Assembly: GCF_001194135.2 (NCBI RefSeq)
Contig: NC_068985.1
Span: 105,700,999 to 105,764,998, forward strand
DNA length: 64,000 bases
Reading direction: 5' to 3'
DNA from: Octopus bimaculoides
Lineage: Eukaryota
Each line of letters opens with the position of its first letter. Position 1 is the first letter of the stretch. Shown here piece by piece: positions 12,624 to 26,198 of the stretch. The notes below the pieces were generated by a model. That model did no database searches. It was not told where the DNA came from and saw only the letters and a list, made by a program, of their open reading frames with translations. The translations under genes and the position numbers were made by a program.

Positions 12624-13086
12624 GATTTTACACATATAAATTACACTTTTAACGCAAATGTCGATTTCAAATTTGATAACACACACCCTCAAAATATAAA
12701 GTCAAGTTGAAGTATTATTATGATGTCTAGAAATGACTTAAAGTTTGTATATTTAACTATGCTACAACGCTTAGAATAGCAAGTAGATTCAGTATTCTGT
12801 GAAAGCAACTATTATACGCCATTTATACACACATCTATCTATCTCATTATACATAGGATATGCGAGCTACTACAATTAGTTTCATATCANNNNNNNNNNA
12901 TATATATATACACACATACATACCAACAGGGGGTGAGTTTCATGAAGTGTCAAAAAGTAAACAGCTGAACAAAAAAGTTTTCTGGGAATTATTACGACTT
13001 ATAAATTTGACATAAGAAGGCATAGAGATTACAACAAATGAAATATTTAAACCGAAAGGTAAAAGTCGAATAAGGAATTTACTCAC

Positions 13087-13166
13087 TGTTTGCCTTTTCT
13101 AGTAAGCGTCGAATTATTGTTCTCAGCCCCTTCTATATTTCCTTCCAACAAATGCTGTTCGTCCAT
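13087..13166 (-). CDS. RABAC1: PRA1 family / prenylated Rab acceptor 1, coding exon 1 (MDEQHLLEGNIEGAENNNSTLTRKGK-Q)
   Basis: ATG at 13166; 80 nt ending in phase 2 at a strong donor CA|GTGAGT (13086); phase matches exon 2; lies in a CpG-containing, promoter-like region. Confidence 0.8.
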
Positions 13167-13350
13167 CGTTCAGATTACGTGTATATATGTGTTACGTCAC
13201 ACCATCTGTTGCTTTCGTCACCACTTTTTGTGTTTCTTGATTATAACTACAAAAATTGCTGTTTTTGTTTAGTAAAATGTTATTCATTGTTAATTATTCA
13301 ATACATGTATACAGAAGAAGAAAAAGAATCCAAATTCCCTGTTACCTTAC

Positions 13351-13430
13351 CTACGCCTCAAGGACAAAATACTCTGAGTATTCCGACAAAATACTCCGAA
13401 AAGATCCACTATGGTCCCTTCAACATTAAC
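13351..13430 (-). other. Possible non-coding 5' exon of PRA1
   Basis: Donor GCGTAG|GTAAGG at 13350 and candidate acceptor TTTTTGTAG| at 13247 would give a 104-nt intron upstream of the ATG; the 5' boundary is a guess. Confidence 0.35.
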
Positions 13431-13580
13431 AAAATGACGATGAGCCAATGAATCAACATAAACATGGGTACTCGATTTGCTTAAAATAACAAGAACACAA
13501 ATCTGGGCCCGAACAAATACCGCATGGCAACTAGTCCGATTCTCTAAAAATTCTGCCGATCCACCGCTCTGGACTGATCT
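13430..13580 (-). promoter_or_regulatory. Probable PRA1 promoter region
   Basis: CCAAT box (GAGCCAATG ~13442-13450) and a CpG-retaining non-repetitive stretch immediately 5' of the first exon. Confidence 0.45.
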
Positions 13581-13862
13581 CTCTTTCTCTCTCTCTCTCT
13601 ACCCCCCTCTCTCTCTCTATCCCCCCCTCTCTCTCTCTCTCTCTCTCTAACCTGCCCTAAAAGGGTGAAAGTCAAAGTTGACATTGATGAGATTTGAACT
13701 CAGAATGCAGACAGTCAAAACAAATACTGCGAATACTACCAATCCGCTACCTTGTTTTTGCTATTGGTGCTGTGAGAGATGTCACTGTTTAGTCCCGGGT
13801 CAGCCCTAATACAGAGGTTTAGTCCCAGTTCAGCCCTAATACAAAGGATCTATGTTTACAGG

Positions 13863-14822
13863 NNNNNNNNNNNNNNNNNNNNNNNNNNNNNNNNNNNNNN
13901 NNNNNNNNNNNNNNNNNNNNNNNNNNNNNNNNNNNNNNNNNNNNNNNNNNNNNNNNNNNNNNNNNNNNNNNNNNNNNNNNNNNNNNNNNNNNNNNNNNNN
14001 NNNNNNNNNNNNNNNNNNNNNNNNNNNNNNNNNNNNNNNNNNNNNNNNNNNNNNNNNNNNNNNNNNNNNNNNNNNNNNNNNNNNNNNNNNNNNNNNNNNN
14101 NNNNNNNNNNNNNNNNNNNNNNNNNNNNNNNNNNNNNNNNNNNNNNNNNNNNNNNNNNNNNNNNNNNNNNNNNNNNNNNNNNNNNNNNNNNNNNNNNNNN
14201 NNNNNNNNNNNNNNNNNNNNNNNNNNNNNNNNNNNNNNNNNNNNNNNNNNNNNNNNNNNNNNNNNNNNNNNNNNNNNNNNNNNNNNNNNNNNNNNNNNNN
14301 NNNNNNNNNNNNNNNNNNNNNNNNNNNNNNNNNNNNNNNNNNNNNNNNNNNNNNNNNNNNNNNNNNNNNNNNNNNNNNNNNNNNNNNNNNNNNNNNNNNN
14401 NNNNNNNNNNNNNNNNNNNNNNNNNNNNNNNNNNNNNNNNNNNNNNNNNNNNNNNNNNNNNNNNNNNNNNNNNNNNNNNNNNNNNNNNNNNNNNNNNNNN
14501 NNNNNNNNNNNNNNNNNNNNNNNNNNNNNNNNNNNNNNNNNNNNNNNNNNNNNNNNNNNNNNNNNNNNNNNNNNNNNNNNNNNNNNNNNNNNNNNNNNNN
14601 NNNNNNNNNNNNNNNNNNNNNNNNNNNNNNNNNNNNNNNNNNNNNNNNNNNNNNNNNNNNNNNNNNNNNNNNNNNNNNNNNNNNNNNNNNNNNNNNNNNN
14701 NNNNNNNNNNNNNNNNNNNNNNNNNNNNNNNNNNNNNNNNNNNNNNNNNNNNNNNNNNNNNNNNNNNNNNNNNNNNNNNNNNNNNNNNNNNNNNNNNNNN
14801 NNNNNNNNNNNNNNNNNNNNNN
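13863..14822. other. Assembly gap (N run); other large gaps at ~47687-48101, 59378-60104, 60807-61606
   Basis: Runs of n. Confidence 0.99.
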
Positions 14823-15330
14823 CTATATTTTGGAAATTCACTACACACTCCTAGCCCACCTTCCCATTCCTTCTCATCCCACCCCATCCCTCACACCCCC
14901 ACCCCTACACCCTCTACCACATACTTCACCTTTACCCCACCCTCTGCCTACCCACATACCCCTACCTCCACCCCAAAACCCACCCATGCTTTCCCCACCT
15001 CCCAACACCATCACATCACACCACGCTACTCCATATCACACAACACACCACCACGTACACACCAGCACTGACCAATTCCCATCCTCACATTTTCACACCT
15101 ACATACACACATGCATACGTTAAGATCGCCAGTATTCTCTCACACACACGCACCTTCGTTTTGGGATCACTACCACTTTGTTATCTCCCCTTCTTCTTAA
15201 CTCTCCTGTGTGACCCTTCTGTCCGGCATTCGCCATGATAGATCGCTGACCACTACACATATTTTTTTCCCTCCTTATTTCTTTCTGTTGAAGAGCGTAG
15301 GCTCGAAACGTTAAAGACTTTCTCTATTCA
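14823..15330 (+). mobile_element. Penelope-like element terminal (pseudo-LTR) fragment
   Basis: C/T-rich tract ending in a minimal hammerhead fold, an arrangement typical of PLE termini (inference). Confidence 0.5.
15280..15317 (+). ncRNA. Variant minimal hammerhead ribozyme fold (core CUGUUGA)
   Basis: Stem I UCUUU/AAAGA; CUGUUGA plus A; stem II GAGC-GUAG-GCUC; GAAAC; GUU triplet; core A6 is replaced by U. Confidence 0.55.
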
Positions 15331-17399
15331 TTCACAGTGCTTAGGTGTACTGCAACCTGTCAGAGAGATGGTAAAATAGGAGATAGAAAGCAGCAATAAG
15401 TCGAGTGAAGAAAGTAATGACAGCTAAAAGTGCATATACTGTACAGAATCGACGAGGATAGAACACAAGGATTAAAATACCATATATGATGTGTGTATAC
15501 ACAAACAGGAGACATTAATAAATTTTTATGGTTATCTTTCAAAATGTATTGAAGAAAAAAGAAAAATGAAAGAAAACACAAGTGACTGGACTGAGATTGG
15601 AAAAGATCTGGCCAAGGGGAGGTAAAAAATATTTGGTGATTATGACATATTTTGGTAAGCAGACGTCTAACGTACAAATTAGTTAGTAAAAAGGAATAAA
15701 GAGTTATACTCTGTATGTGTGTGTGTGAGAGAGACAGAGAAAGAGAGAGAACCTACCAAGAAGGATACAGAGAATTTTAAAAGAATAACATTTTCATGGT
15801 TGAAAATTTAGGAGTATAGAAATATAGGGGAGATAACTGTGGTTAGTTTAAAAAAATTAAAATAACTACGACAAAAAAGAATGAAATGTATAGAAAAATT
15901 ACGGGGAAAATGTTATGATAAATATATATCCTAAATTATCTAGTTGAGGGCGAAGATAGACAGTAAAAAAGAAAGAAGAAGAAAAGGAAGATATAAAGAA
16001 ATGAATGAAGAAATGTGAGACAGTATAACATACATACGCGCATACATACGCGCGCACCCACTGACACATGCTGTGTGTGTGTGTGTTCATACATACACAC
16101 ATGCATACATACATACATACAATCGGTCCTTTCTCTATTGGCAAGAAATCTTGAAATAAACTGAATAATGATATTTAGGTGTCCAGCACGAAGGACATTA
16201 ACGGGAGAGAATGAAGAAAGGCCCACAAGATTCAAACAATCTAAGGTGCTCAAATGTCACAGGCACACACAGGTGTATGCCACTGATGACTGGAAAGGGA
16301 AGTGCTTGAGGGACCTGAAAGACATTAAAATGTTCTCAGTAACATTTCCATGCAAATAAAAGTGGCTGGATTCCTACCTATATTACTATACAATGGTTTG
16401 AAAAATATTTTGTAAAATTATTTTTTCTATTACAGGAGTTCAGCTTTTGAGTGAGCCAAAATCCTGCATAAGAATGGTTTTACAGAGCATTTGCCACCAA
16501 ATTATACATCCCATACTTAAGTTTCACCATTCTGTACTCATAATCTCTGTCTCCTCTGAGCCACTTCTACTGCCACTCATCACCTACTCTTACCTTTATC
16601 TTATCACGAATCACTCTTACCTTTATCTTATCACGAACCACTCTTACTTTTGTGCAACTCTGCTATTGCCAACCATTCTCCTTCTGACTCTACACCAAAC
16701 AACCCTGCCATTTCCATTATATTCTTACACCTTTTGTCCACCCATTCTAGTTCTTCTGATGTCATAGCTCTCTTTCCTATTCCCCTTCTCACCCACTCAA
16801 GCAAATATATACAATCTAAATTATCAAGTACTTTCTATACTTATACTCTTGCCCACACCTCTCAGTCACCCATTTCTGGCCTTTCTACAGACATTGTTCT
16901 CTCTCTCTCTCTCCTATTCTCCTCTTCAGTCTACATGTCTTAAGCTACTGATTATTCTCCACATTTACTGCACACAAGGCAAACCCCTTCCTATGTTGTT
17001 GCCACGATGGACTCTGCTCCCTACTCCTTCCAGTGTACACCTGCAGTGATTAGACAATGAGATAATCTCTTTACTGCTGGTACCATAAAAAATGCATCCA
17101 GGGAAACATATAATGCAGTGCGACCATGCTGGGGCACAGCCTTGACAGCTTTAGTTCAACAGATTAACCCCAGTACTTATTTCTAAGTCTGGTATTTATT
17201 TTATTAGTCTCTATTTCTGAACTGCTAAGTTACAGGGATGTAAACAAATCAACACCAATTGTCAAGTGGTGGGGGTTTACAAACAGTCACACATACACAC
17301 ACATATTTCTCTGTCTCTCTGTCTTTATCTCTCTATCACTCTCTCTATCACTCTCTGCCTCTCTCACTGTCTCTCTATCTGCACGCACGCACACAAACA

Positions 17400-17454
<55 letters not shown>

Positions 17455-18714
17455 CACTCTATCTCTCTTTATCTCTCACTGTCTCTCTATCTCTCTCTGT
17501 CGCTCTTTATCTGTCTATCTGCACTCACACAGACACACACATACACACACAGATGACAGGCTTCTTTCAGTTTCAGCCTACCAAATACATTTACAAGGCT
17601 TTGGTTGGCCAGGAGCTATAGTAGAAAACACTTGCCTAAGGTGCTGTACTGTGGGACTGAACCCAAAACTGTGTTGTTAGGAAGCAAATTACTGAGCCAT
17701 ATAGACATACCTGTGCCTGAATGTATAAAATGTAATTAGTTTACACAAGCTGCACTATCAGTCTGTTAATACATTAAAGAAGAAAAGATGAATGTAACTG
17801 TCTCATTGTTAAAAATTACAATGACAATTGGCAAACACTGAAGTCACAGTTTTTATGAACAAAGACATCAATAATAGATTATGGTACAAAAGAAACGACA
17901 CCGACAATATGTCTGCAACTACAGATTTACCACAACAATGAACTTCTTAACTGTCAACATTTTCGTTGCATGCGTGAAATAACACAGCCCACACATCCTT
18001 CCATACTTTTGTTTCTCTGTCTGAATGCCATAACATTCTGCATGTTATTTACTGTCATTTACTAATTTTTCTCAGTTGAAAAATTTTTCGCATGTTTAAC
18101 TCTTTTCTTATCATATCTTGGTTGAAATACGGGCATGGTTTCAGTACATTTTGAAAATAATGAAAGAATTTTGTAAAACAGTTGTGTGATTTTAACATGA
18201 AATTATGATGGAAGATTTTAATTTAGATTGCTTTAAGACAGTAAGTTTGTTGTGGCATAGGCTTTCTCAGGTGAGATGATATCAAAAGGATTTTCTTTTT
18301 CTCTGTTGCTGGTTTCAGTCATTGGACTGCAGCCAAGCAGGAGTATAGACTTGAAGGCTTTGGTTTAAAAAAAATTGATCCTTGTACTTATTTTTAAGTA
18401 TGGTACTTATTCAATCAGTTTCTTTTGCTGAGCTGCTATGTTACAGGAGTGTAAACAAACCAACACCGGCAGTCAAGTGGTGACAGGGACAAAACACATT
18501 CACACATGCCTGCACACACACACGTACGCACATGCACATGCACACACACACACACACACACGCACATCACGTTTTTCATTAATAATAAGCAGAAGGTACA
18601 AAGTTATTCAAGAGCCAAAAGTTTGGTGCATTGGCACTTAGAGTTTGATAATTGCCAACACACAAAACTCTCAGCCCTTGAGTCACTCAATAACTTCTGT
18701 CGATTATTAATAAA

Positions 18715-19200
18715 AAATGCATATCAAACATCCAGTTGTCATGGTGTTTGGAGTGATCATTACTGATGGTGACATTATACCTCCATTCATCTTCCCATAC
18801 GGCCTCAAACTCACCATGGAGGCCTACAACAAGTGCCTGGAGGAGATAGTGCTGCCCTGGGTCAAGAGAGTGGCTGCTCGAAGACCCTATATCTGGCAAC
18901 AGGACTCTGCGCCATCACACACAAGCAGGAGAACCCAGTTATGGCTGTCAGACAATTTCTGTGACCACATCTCTCCTAACATCTGGCCACCTAACTCCCC
19001 AGACTGCAACCCTCTTCATTATTATGCGTGGGGCACAGTTGAGCAAGCGACCAAGAAAACTCCTTGGAATACCAAAAATGAATTGAAAGCAAGGATTATG
19101 GCAGCATTCACCAACTTAAACAATGAGACCATCCAGAAGAGTTGCAGGAGATTCTGAAGTCGTATGGAGGCCATGGTTGAAACCAATGGTGATTTTACTG
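18715..19200 (+). mobile_element. maT (DD37D) Tc1/mariner transposase fragment
   Basis: 'VMVFGVI', 'WQQDSAPSH', 'WPPNSPDCNPLHY'; 37 residues between the second D and the third catalytic position, which is H here. Confidence 0.85.
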
Positions 19201-19294
19201 AATAAATTTACTCCTTTTGAAGTATTTGAAGATATTTTTATGTAATTTTGCTAAATATGTCTGATAAAATGAGATGTCAGTGTTATGTTCATTT

Positions 19295-19470
19295 TTGCAT
19301 ATTGACTTTTGTGGACTTGGAGAAAGCTATTGACAGAGTCTCCCGTTCCCTTATCTGGTGGATGATGCAGAAACTAGGGATTGATGAATGGTTAATAAGG
19401 GCCATACAAGCCCTATACAGAGATTCAATTAGTAAGGTTAGGGTTGGCAATGAGTGTAGTGAATAATTCT
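19295..19470 (+). mobile_element. RTE-clade LINE RT fragment
   Basis: 'FVDLEKAIDRVSRSLIWWMMQKLGIDEWLIRAIQALYRDSISKVRVG'. Confidence 0.8.
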
Positions 19471-19861
19471 GGGTATGTATATGTATTTATATGTGAGCAT
19501 GTTTGTGATTGTATGAGTATGTATGTGTACATGCGTATATTTGTATGTGTGTGGGAGAGAGAGAGAGACAGACAGACAGACAGAGAGCGTACATCCTAAA
19601 AACTTGCAAATGATCTCAACAAATGATATCTCATGGCAACCATACCTTGCCAGAAATCACTGCTTAAAGACTAGACTTTCTCATCAAAGCCATTTAATAC
19701 TTCAGCTCTAATCGACCAAACAGACATTAAACTACAGATGCTCAGGCTGAACATTAACTACATCTAGCTCATAAGTTGGGAAGGATGGTGTGGTTACTGA
19801 CAACGTATCTCCTATTTTGAAGATAATATATATACATATATATATATATATACATACATGC

Positions 19862-19899
<38 letters not shown>

Positions 19900-20040
19900 T
19901 GATAGATAGATAGACATATTGTGTGTATAAATATATATATATATACACACACACATGCATATATATATATATATATATATATAAATATATATTTTATATA
20001 TATATACACACACTTATATGTATGTATATACACATATATA

Positions 20041-20788
20041 TGAGGAATGATCAGTAAGTATCCAGACTGTTGCCATAGTAACGAAGCTAAAGCATGCAAA
20101 GCGAAGCCACTTGGCACAAATTAACCTTCAACTCTGCTGTGCATATGCACTAAGTTTTAACATTCTAGTTGACTTCTGCTGTTTACAGCAGTGCTTGGAA
20201 GGAAGGTGTGTAGCGTGTGATCATCACATTGACCATGACAGAAAGTTGAGCAGAGAATCTGCATCGAATTTTGCCAAAAGCTTGGCAATACCTGTTCAAA
20301 GGCCTACGCTAAGTTTCAAAAAGTTTTCATCATTCTCGACACAATCGAAGAGATCTTGTACAACTGAAACCCAAGTGTCTTATTGATCAGCTGAAAACAG
20401 TTTTGGCACAAACTTGGCAGACACATGTCTCCTACACAAATCTTCAGTGATAATGGACTGAACTGAACCATAACTAATCTGCACATCCTCTAATAACTCA
20501 CGGATGGTGATTCTCATACAGTCCTCTCCACACACTTTCTGCAACTTTGCATAGGCCTCTGAGCAGGTATCATCATGACAACTTTCTCCGTAATGGTCAA
20601 TGTGACGATCACACGCTACACATGTTCCTTTCAAGCACTGCTGCTAACAGCAGAAGTAAGCTAGAATGTTAAAACTTAGTGCACATGCACAACAGGGTTC
20701 AAGGTTGATCTGTTCCAAGCAGCTTCACTCTGCATACTTAAGCTTTGATATTATGGCAATAATCCGGATACTTTTTGATCATACCTTT
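20041..20788 (-). mobile_element. Internally deleted mariner element with both TIRs
   Basis: ~40-bp imperfect TIRs (TGAGGAATGATCAGTAAGTATCCAGACTGTTGCCATAGTA vs reverse complement of the right end) flanked by TA; transposase remnant 'RITIRELLEDVQISYGSVQSIITEDL..RHVSAKFVPKL'. Confidence 0.85.
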
Positions 20789-20799
20789 TATATATGTGT

Positions 20800-20804
20800 A
20801 TGTA

Positions 20805-20852
<48 letters not shown>

Positions 20853-20854
20853 GT

Positions 20855-20894
<40 letters not shown>

Positions 20895-21355
20895 CATACA
20901 TATAGGGAGGATAAATAGGTAATTTGGGTGGCTGGTAGGTATGTAGGTAGCCAGGAATGGATGGAACGAGAACAACAGGTGGGTAAGCAGGTTGGTAGGT
21001 AGGTAAGAAAATAGGTAAGTTGGTGAGTGATAGATAGGTTGGTAGCTAGGCAGGTAGAAATGTTGGTAGATAAGAAGATGTATTGTTAGGTAAATGCATA
21101 GGCAAAAAGGTAGGTGAAAAGATAAAAGAATCAACTGAATGAATAGACAGATATATAGATAAATAGATGAACATGTAAGTAGATAAATGAATAGATAGAA
21201 AGATAGGCAGACTAACAGAATGATTATGTATGCATGCATGCATGTATATGCACGCATATATACAGAGAGAGGGAGAGAGAGAAATGAATAGATAGACAGA
21301 CAGACAGGCAGGCAAGCAGGCAGATAGATAGATAGATAAATAGATAGATAGATAA

Positions 21356-21388
<33 letters not shown>

Positions 21389-21589
21389 CAGATACACACA
21401 TACATACATTCATACATACATACATACATACATACATACATACATACAAAAGTAGATATGTTGGTAGATAAATTAAGAGACAGACAGATAGACAGATTGG
21501 TAGGTAGATAGGTGCGTAAGTAACTAGGAAGGAAGGTAGGTAGGTAGGTAGATGGATGGATAAGTAAGCATGTAAAGAAACAGATGAGA

Positions 21590-21621
<32 letters not shown>

Positions 21622-21730
21622 AATACACACACGCGTAATGGCATAGACATATAAATACTTGTATTTATCCTCATATTGTGACATATTGAAGTGCATATAC
21701 GCACACATACACACATACATTCATACGCAC
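20800..21730. repeat. Compound tetranucleotide microsatellite field (TATC/TAGA/TACA/TAGG/CA)
   Basis: Direct inspection; source of spurious ORFs. Confidence 0.9.
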
Positions 21731-22275
21731 ATGCATGAAATGGCACGTACATTATAGCATCTCTTGTTGATAAGGAGACAAGGAGAGACGTGTGTATTCT
21801 AGTGAGAGTTTACCTAGCGACTGCAAACATTATGATGAAGTTGAAGAACAGAAATCCATACTCCTTAATTAATAGAGAGACAAACAGACAGACAGGTAGA
21901 CAGTGACTAATGTTTTATAGTGACTGGAATGTGCATGTCTGATGCACATTTGCAGGTGAGTCGTTTTTTTCATTGTATGCATTTATAAATATATATATAT
22001 AAACATTCACGCATAGAGATATATGTATGGGTTATTGTTGTTGTGGTCTATTTTCTTCCTTCTTCCTTCTTTATTATTATCATTATTATTATTATTATAA
22101 TTATAATAATAATAATTATTATTATCATTATTGTATTTCACCTGTCGTTATGTTCTGAGTTTCGTTTTCATCCTTTTGGGGTCGATAAATTAAGTACCAC
22201 ATGAAACAATGGGGTCAATGTAATCAACTAGCTCCCTCCCTCAAAATTTCAGGCCTTGTGCTTTTAGTAGAAAGG

Positions 22276-22322
<47 letters not shown>

Positions 22323-23157
22323 TATTATTATTATTACTATTATTATTATTATTCTATACCTCTGAGTCATACCTTTCCATCTTAAAAAAGGAGACTTTGT
22401 ATAAGGTTATCTTAGATACATGGTGTCTGATAATAAAAGATGGGTTGGTCATAACTGGAACACCAGTTGAACAATGAAAAGTTTGCAATCATTCAATGTT
22501 GTTCTTGATGTTGTTTTTGTCACAAATAAGTGCCAGGCACTAAACAAATGCTTTTTTTCTTTTTTTTTGTTTAAAGACAAATTTCTAAAGGCTTGTAAGG
22601 GTTCTTCATATTTCTTGTGCCATGAGTCACAGAATGCACAGCAACACAAGTCCCACTCAACCTGCTGTAGTTGCTTCATTTCTATATAGCATCTACAGAC
22701 TTATAATATACAAAATCAAAATCTGATCTGGCAAGAGACAAATATAAACTGTTTATATGGAAAACAACAACATGAGACAACACTATTCATTATCATCACC
22801 ATCATAATCCTCATCATTTAACATCTGTTGTCCATGCTGACATGGGTTGGAAGACTTGACTGGACTAACATGCTGGAAGGTTGCACCAGACTCCAGTCTG
22901 ATTTGGCATGGTTTTCTATAGCTGGATGTCCTTCCTAATGCCAACCACTTCGAGAATGTAATGAGTGCTTTTACTGCGGAGTTCTCCTTGGAGAACCTGT
23001 GAATTCCATGGGTGCAGCCCTTTTCCTCCAACACCATAAGTATTCCATCAAACCTTGATATTCTTCTATAACTCACATTCATTTTGAAATTATTATCATT
23101 ATTATCATTATTATTATTATCATCATCATTATTATTATTATCATTATTATTATTATT

Positions 23158-23380
23158 TAAAGAAGACGAGCTGGCAGAATTGTTAGCATACTAGGCAAAA
23201 CATTTAGCGGCATTTCATTTATCTTTATGTTCTAAGCTCAAATTCTGCCATGGTCAACTTTGCCTTTCATCCTTTCAGGCTTGATAAATTAAGTACCAGT
23301 GAAACACTGGGGTCGATGTTATCAACTAGGCCCCCCACCTACCAAATTTCCTGCCTTGTGCCTTTAGTAGAAATGAATAT
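23158..23380 (+). mobile_element. SINE family A (AAGGCGGCGAGCTGGCAGAA...GGGGTCGATAAATTAAGTACCAG), representative copy
   Basis: tRNA-like head with B-box (GAGTTCAAAT); further copies ~196-308, 10341-10463(-), 22160-22280, 30210-30370(-), 31430-32160(-), 38440-39060, 40460-41045, 42780-42965, 59140-59225, 62590-62810(-). Confidence 0.85.
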
Positions 23381-23705
23381 TATTATTGTTATTGTAAATT
23401 ATTATGACTGTTATAAATAATTACTATATATACTTCACAGATAACTTTCTGTCCTAATGCTTTCTTTTCCTACTCTCATTTATAAACTATTCTCTGTAAT
23501 AAAACAAAAAAGAACTATAAGGGTTAATTACCCAGAGACATCACCTGCATGTAGAACAACAGTTAAGTTAGGACGAATATATTTAATACAGCAGACAAAA
23601 AAAATCTCAGCAGAAATAATTACACAGTGAGGGAAAGTTGACATTTAGTCCAATGACTAAATCATAATTAATTATTTTTAATACTCTTTCTATTCTCTTT
23701 ACTCT

Positions 23706-23905
23706 TTTACTTGTTTCAGTCATTTGACTGTGGCCATGCTGGAGCACCACCTTTAGTCGAGCAAATCGACCCCCAGGACTTATTCTTTGTAAGCCTAATA
23801 CTTATTCTATCAGTCTCTTTTGCCGAACTGCTAAGTTACGGGGAGATAAACACACCAGCATCAGCTGTCAAGTGATGTTGGGGGGACAAACACAGACACA
23901 CAAAC
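23706..23905. mobile_element. Interspersed repeat family D (TTTTACTTGTTTCAGTCATTTGACTGTGGCCATGCTGG...)
   Basis: Recurs at ~17110-17300, 18300-18500, 26690-26790 and 55866-56080, often directly upstream of a reversed family B copy. Confidence 0.7.
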
Positions 23906-23933
23906 ACACATATATATATACATATACATATAT

Positions 23934-24098
23934 ACGACGGGCTTCTTTCAGTTTCTGTCTACCAAATCCACTCACAAGGCTTTGGTCGGCCCGAGGTTAT
24001 AGTAGAAGACACTTGCCCAAGGTGCCACACAGTGGGACTGAACCCAGAACCATGTGGTTGGTAAGCAAGCTACTTACCACACAGCCACTCTTGCACCT
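23934..24098 (-). mobile_element. SINE family B (CORE-like, probably OR2-like), representative copy
   Basis: tRNA head (GGTTCAGTCCC) plus GCACCTTGGGCAAGTGTCTT core; other copies ~3830-3990(-), 4985-5180, 5340-5450(-), 8770-8930, 17560-17720(-), 56280-56390(-), 58925-59070, 60330-60450, 62080-62205(-), 63200-63359. Confidence 0.8.
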
Positions 24099-24542
24099 AA
24101 TAAGAATTAAAAAAAATTTTTTTTATGTACAATACTGTGAAATATTCTCGTTTTAGCTTAACTCTTATTTTACTGTAACATTTGCTCACTTTCCTTTTAA
24201 AAAACTTGCAACTTTCTATCAAACAACTACTGGGTAGGGTACCAGTCTATTACACATATCAATGCCAGATCATTTGGTACCTATTGCCAAAAATTGAGGA
24301 TTTAGAATAAACGAATAAACGAATGAATGAATGAATGAATGAACTGAAGGATGAATAAAATAACTGAGCAATATCACCTATGCTGGACAGTGTGACTGTT
24401 CAAAGAACACATTACATCAGTGCAAACAATACATTTACATCAGGGTGTGTTTTGGTGTGGTGCAGGTTACTTCAGGAAGGAGTGGAAGTAATTAACAAGT
24501 GACTAAAACTTGAAATAAAGTTTTGATTAAATTTTCATTTGA

Positions 24543-24573
<31 letters not shown>

Positions 24574-24919
24574 TGGATATATGCATGTGTGTGAATATTA
24601 TGACTGTGTGCGTATGTATGTATGTATATAAATATATATGAATGTGTGTGCATGTATGTGTGCACGTGTATGTGTGCACGTGTGTGTGTGTGTGTGTGCA
24701 CGTGTGTGTGTGTGTGTGTGCACATGTGTGTGTGTGTGTGTGTGTGTGTATTTGCGTGTGTGTGTATGTGTGTTTATGTTCGTTTGTTTACATCCCTGTA
24801 AATTAGTGGTTCAGCATACAAGACTAATAGAATAAGTGGACCAGATTAAAAAACATTGTTTGACTAACTCCTTCAAGGTAGTGGCCCATCATGTCTGCAA
24901 TCAAGAACTGAAATAAAAG

Positions 24920-24984
<65 letters not shown>

Positions 24985-25016
24985 NNNNNNNNNNNNNNNN
25001 NNNNNNNNNNNNNNNN

Positions 25017-25099
<83 letters not shown>

Positions 25100-25794
25100 C
25101 ATTGGAGGAGGTGATCTTGTGATGGATGATGAAAGGTTATAGTGAGATAGATACAGGTATTTTGCTGTAAAGGAAATACAAGGTTACTCGGGCCAGAAAG
25201 AGAGAGAGATCAGAAATGAAGACAGAAACAGGGGTGCTACCACAGGAGGAAATACATTGTTACCCAACCTGAGGGAAGTGCAGGAGAAGGAGAGAGAGAG
25301 TGGGAGACAGTAGGATAGAGATGGTAGCAATGCTGGGCATACTCAAAAAGAACAGGGATCAGAATATAAATGGGATGGTTGAGTAAAGGAAGAGAGAGAT
25401 ATATAGATAGTGGTAAGCGCCAGGGCATACCCTTGAGGTTCGAACACCATAATATAAGTGACAGGATATTGCAAAAGAAGTGTGATTAAAGAATGCAAGT
25501 AAGTGGCGAAAAAACCTGAGTAGTGGTGAAAAAACTGGGTATATATAGAGTCAGGGAACTATCAGATAGCAATGATACAGAGGAACAGGGCCGTGAGGAC
25601 AGGATTGGGGAGTGAGAGCTAGGCATAGTGTATTAAGGAGGAAAGATGAGTGTGAGTGGATGAAAATGGCTGGGCTATTTGGGTGAAGTCAGGGAGAGGG
25701 GGGATGATTGGCAATAACAGATATGGACAAAAGTAGAGGTGGGCAATGAAATAAAGGAAAAGTAGGTGAAATGTGAAAGAGAGAGAATAATTGG

Positions 25795-25832
<38 letters not shown>

Positions 25833-26162
25833 CAGTCCTTGACAACCTGACCTCTTCACATATTGAATATAAAACAGAGTGAGACATCTTGAAAACAGGG
25901 AAATGTTATAAATATTTGACCCATTGAGGTCAACATATGAAAGCTACACATTTAGTTGAGATGAGCAACATATGAATCAGAAGAAACAAAAATGGTATTT
26001 ATGATTATAATAAATCTAATTAACATTGGTCATTGAAATTAGATAAGCTGTTTAATTAGATACCAAAATATTCTACGTGAAGACATAATAATTAATATGT
26101 CAGGTGAGGATGTGAAAACTGAGGTAATTTTCTGTTTGTTTGAATATCTCACACTATCTAGC

Positions 26163-26198
<36 letters not shown>

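Noticed and set aside
13779-15123. ORFs of 280-430 aa spanning N runs (also 47647-48192, 59187-60261, 60653-62100)
   Set aside because: Artefacts of untranslatable gaps.
16168-16359. 63-aa ORF upstream of PRA1 (possible divergent gene exon)
   Set aside because: No recognisable domain or consistent partner exons; may be decayed LINE sequence.
20844-21752. Long ORFs (302 aa, 224 aa) and many similar YIYI/CVCV/LSLS/MMMM ORFs across the window
   Set aside because: Translations of di-, tri- and tetranucleotide microsatellites; no coding signal.
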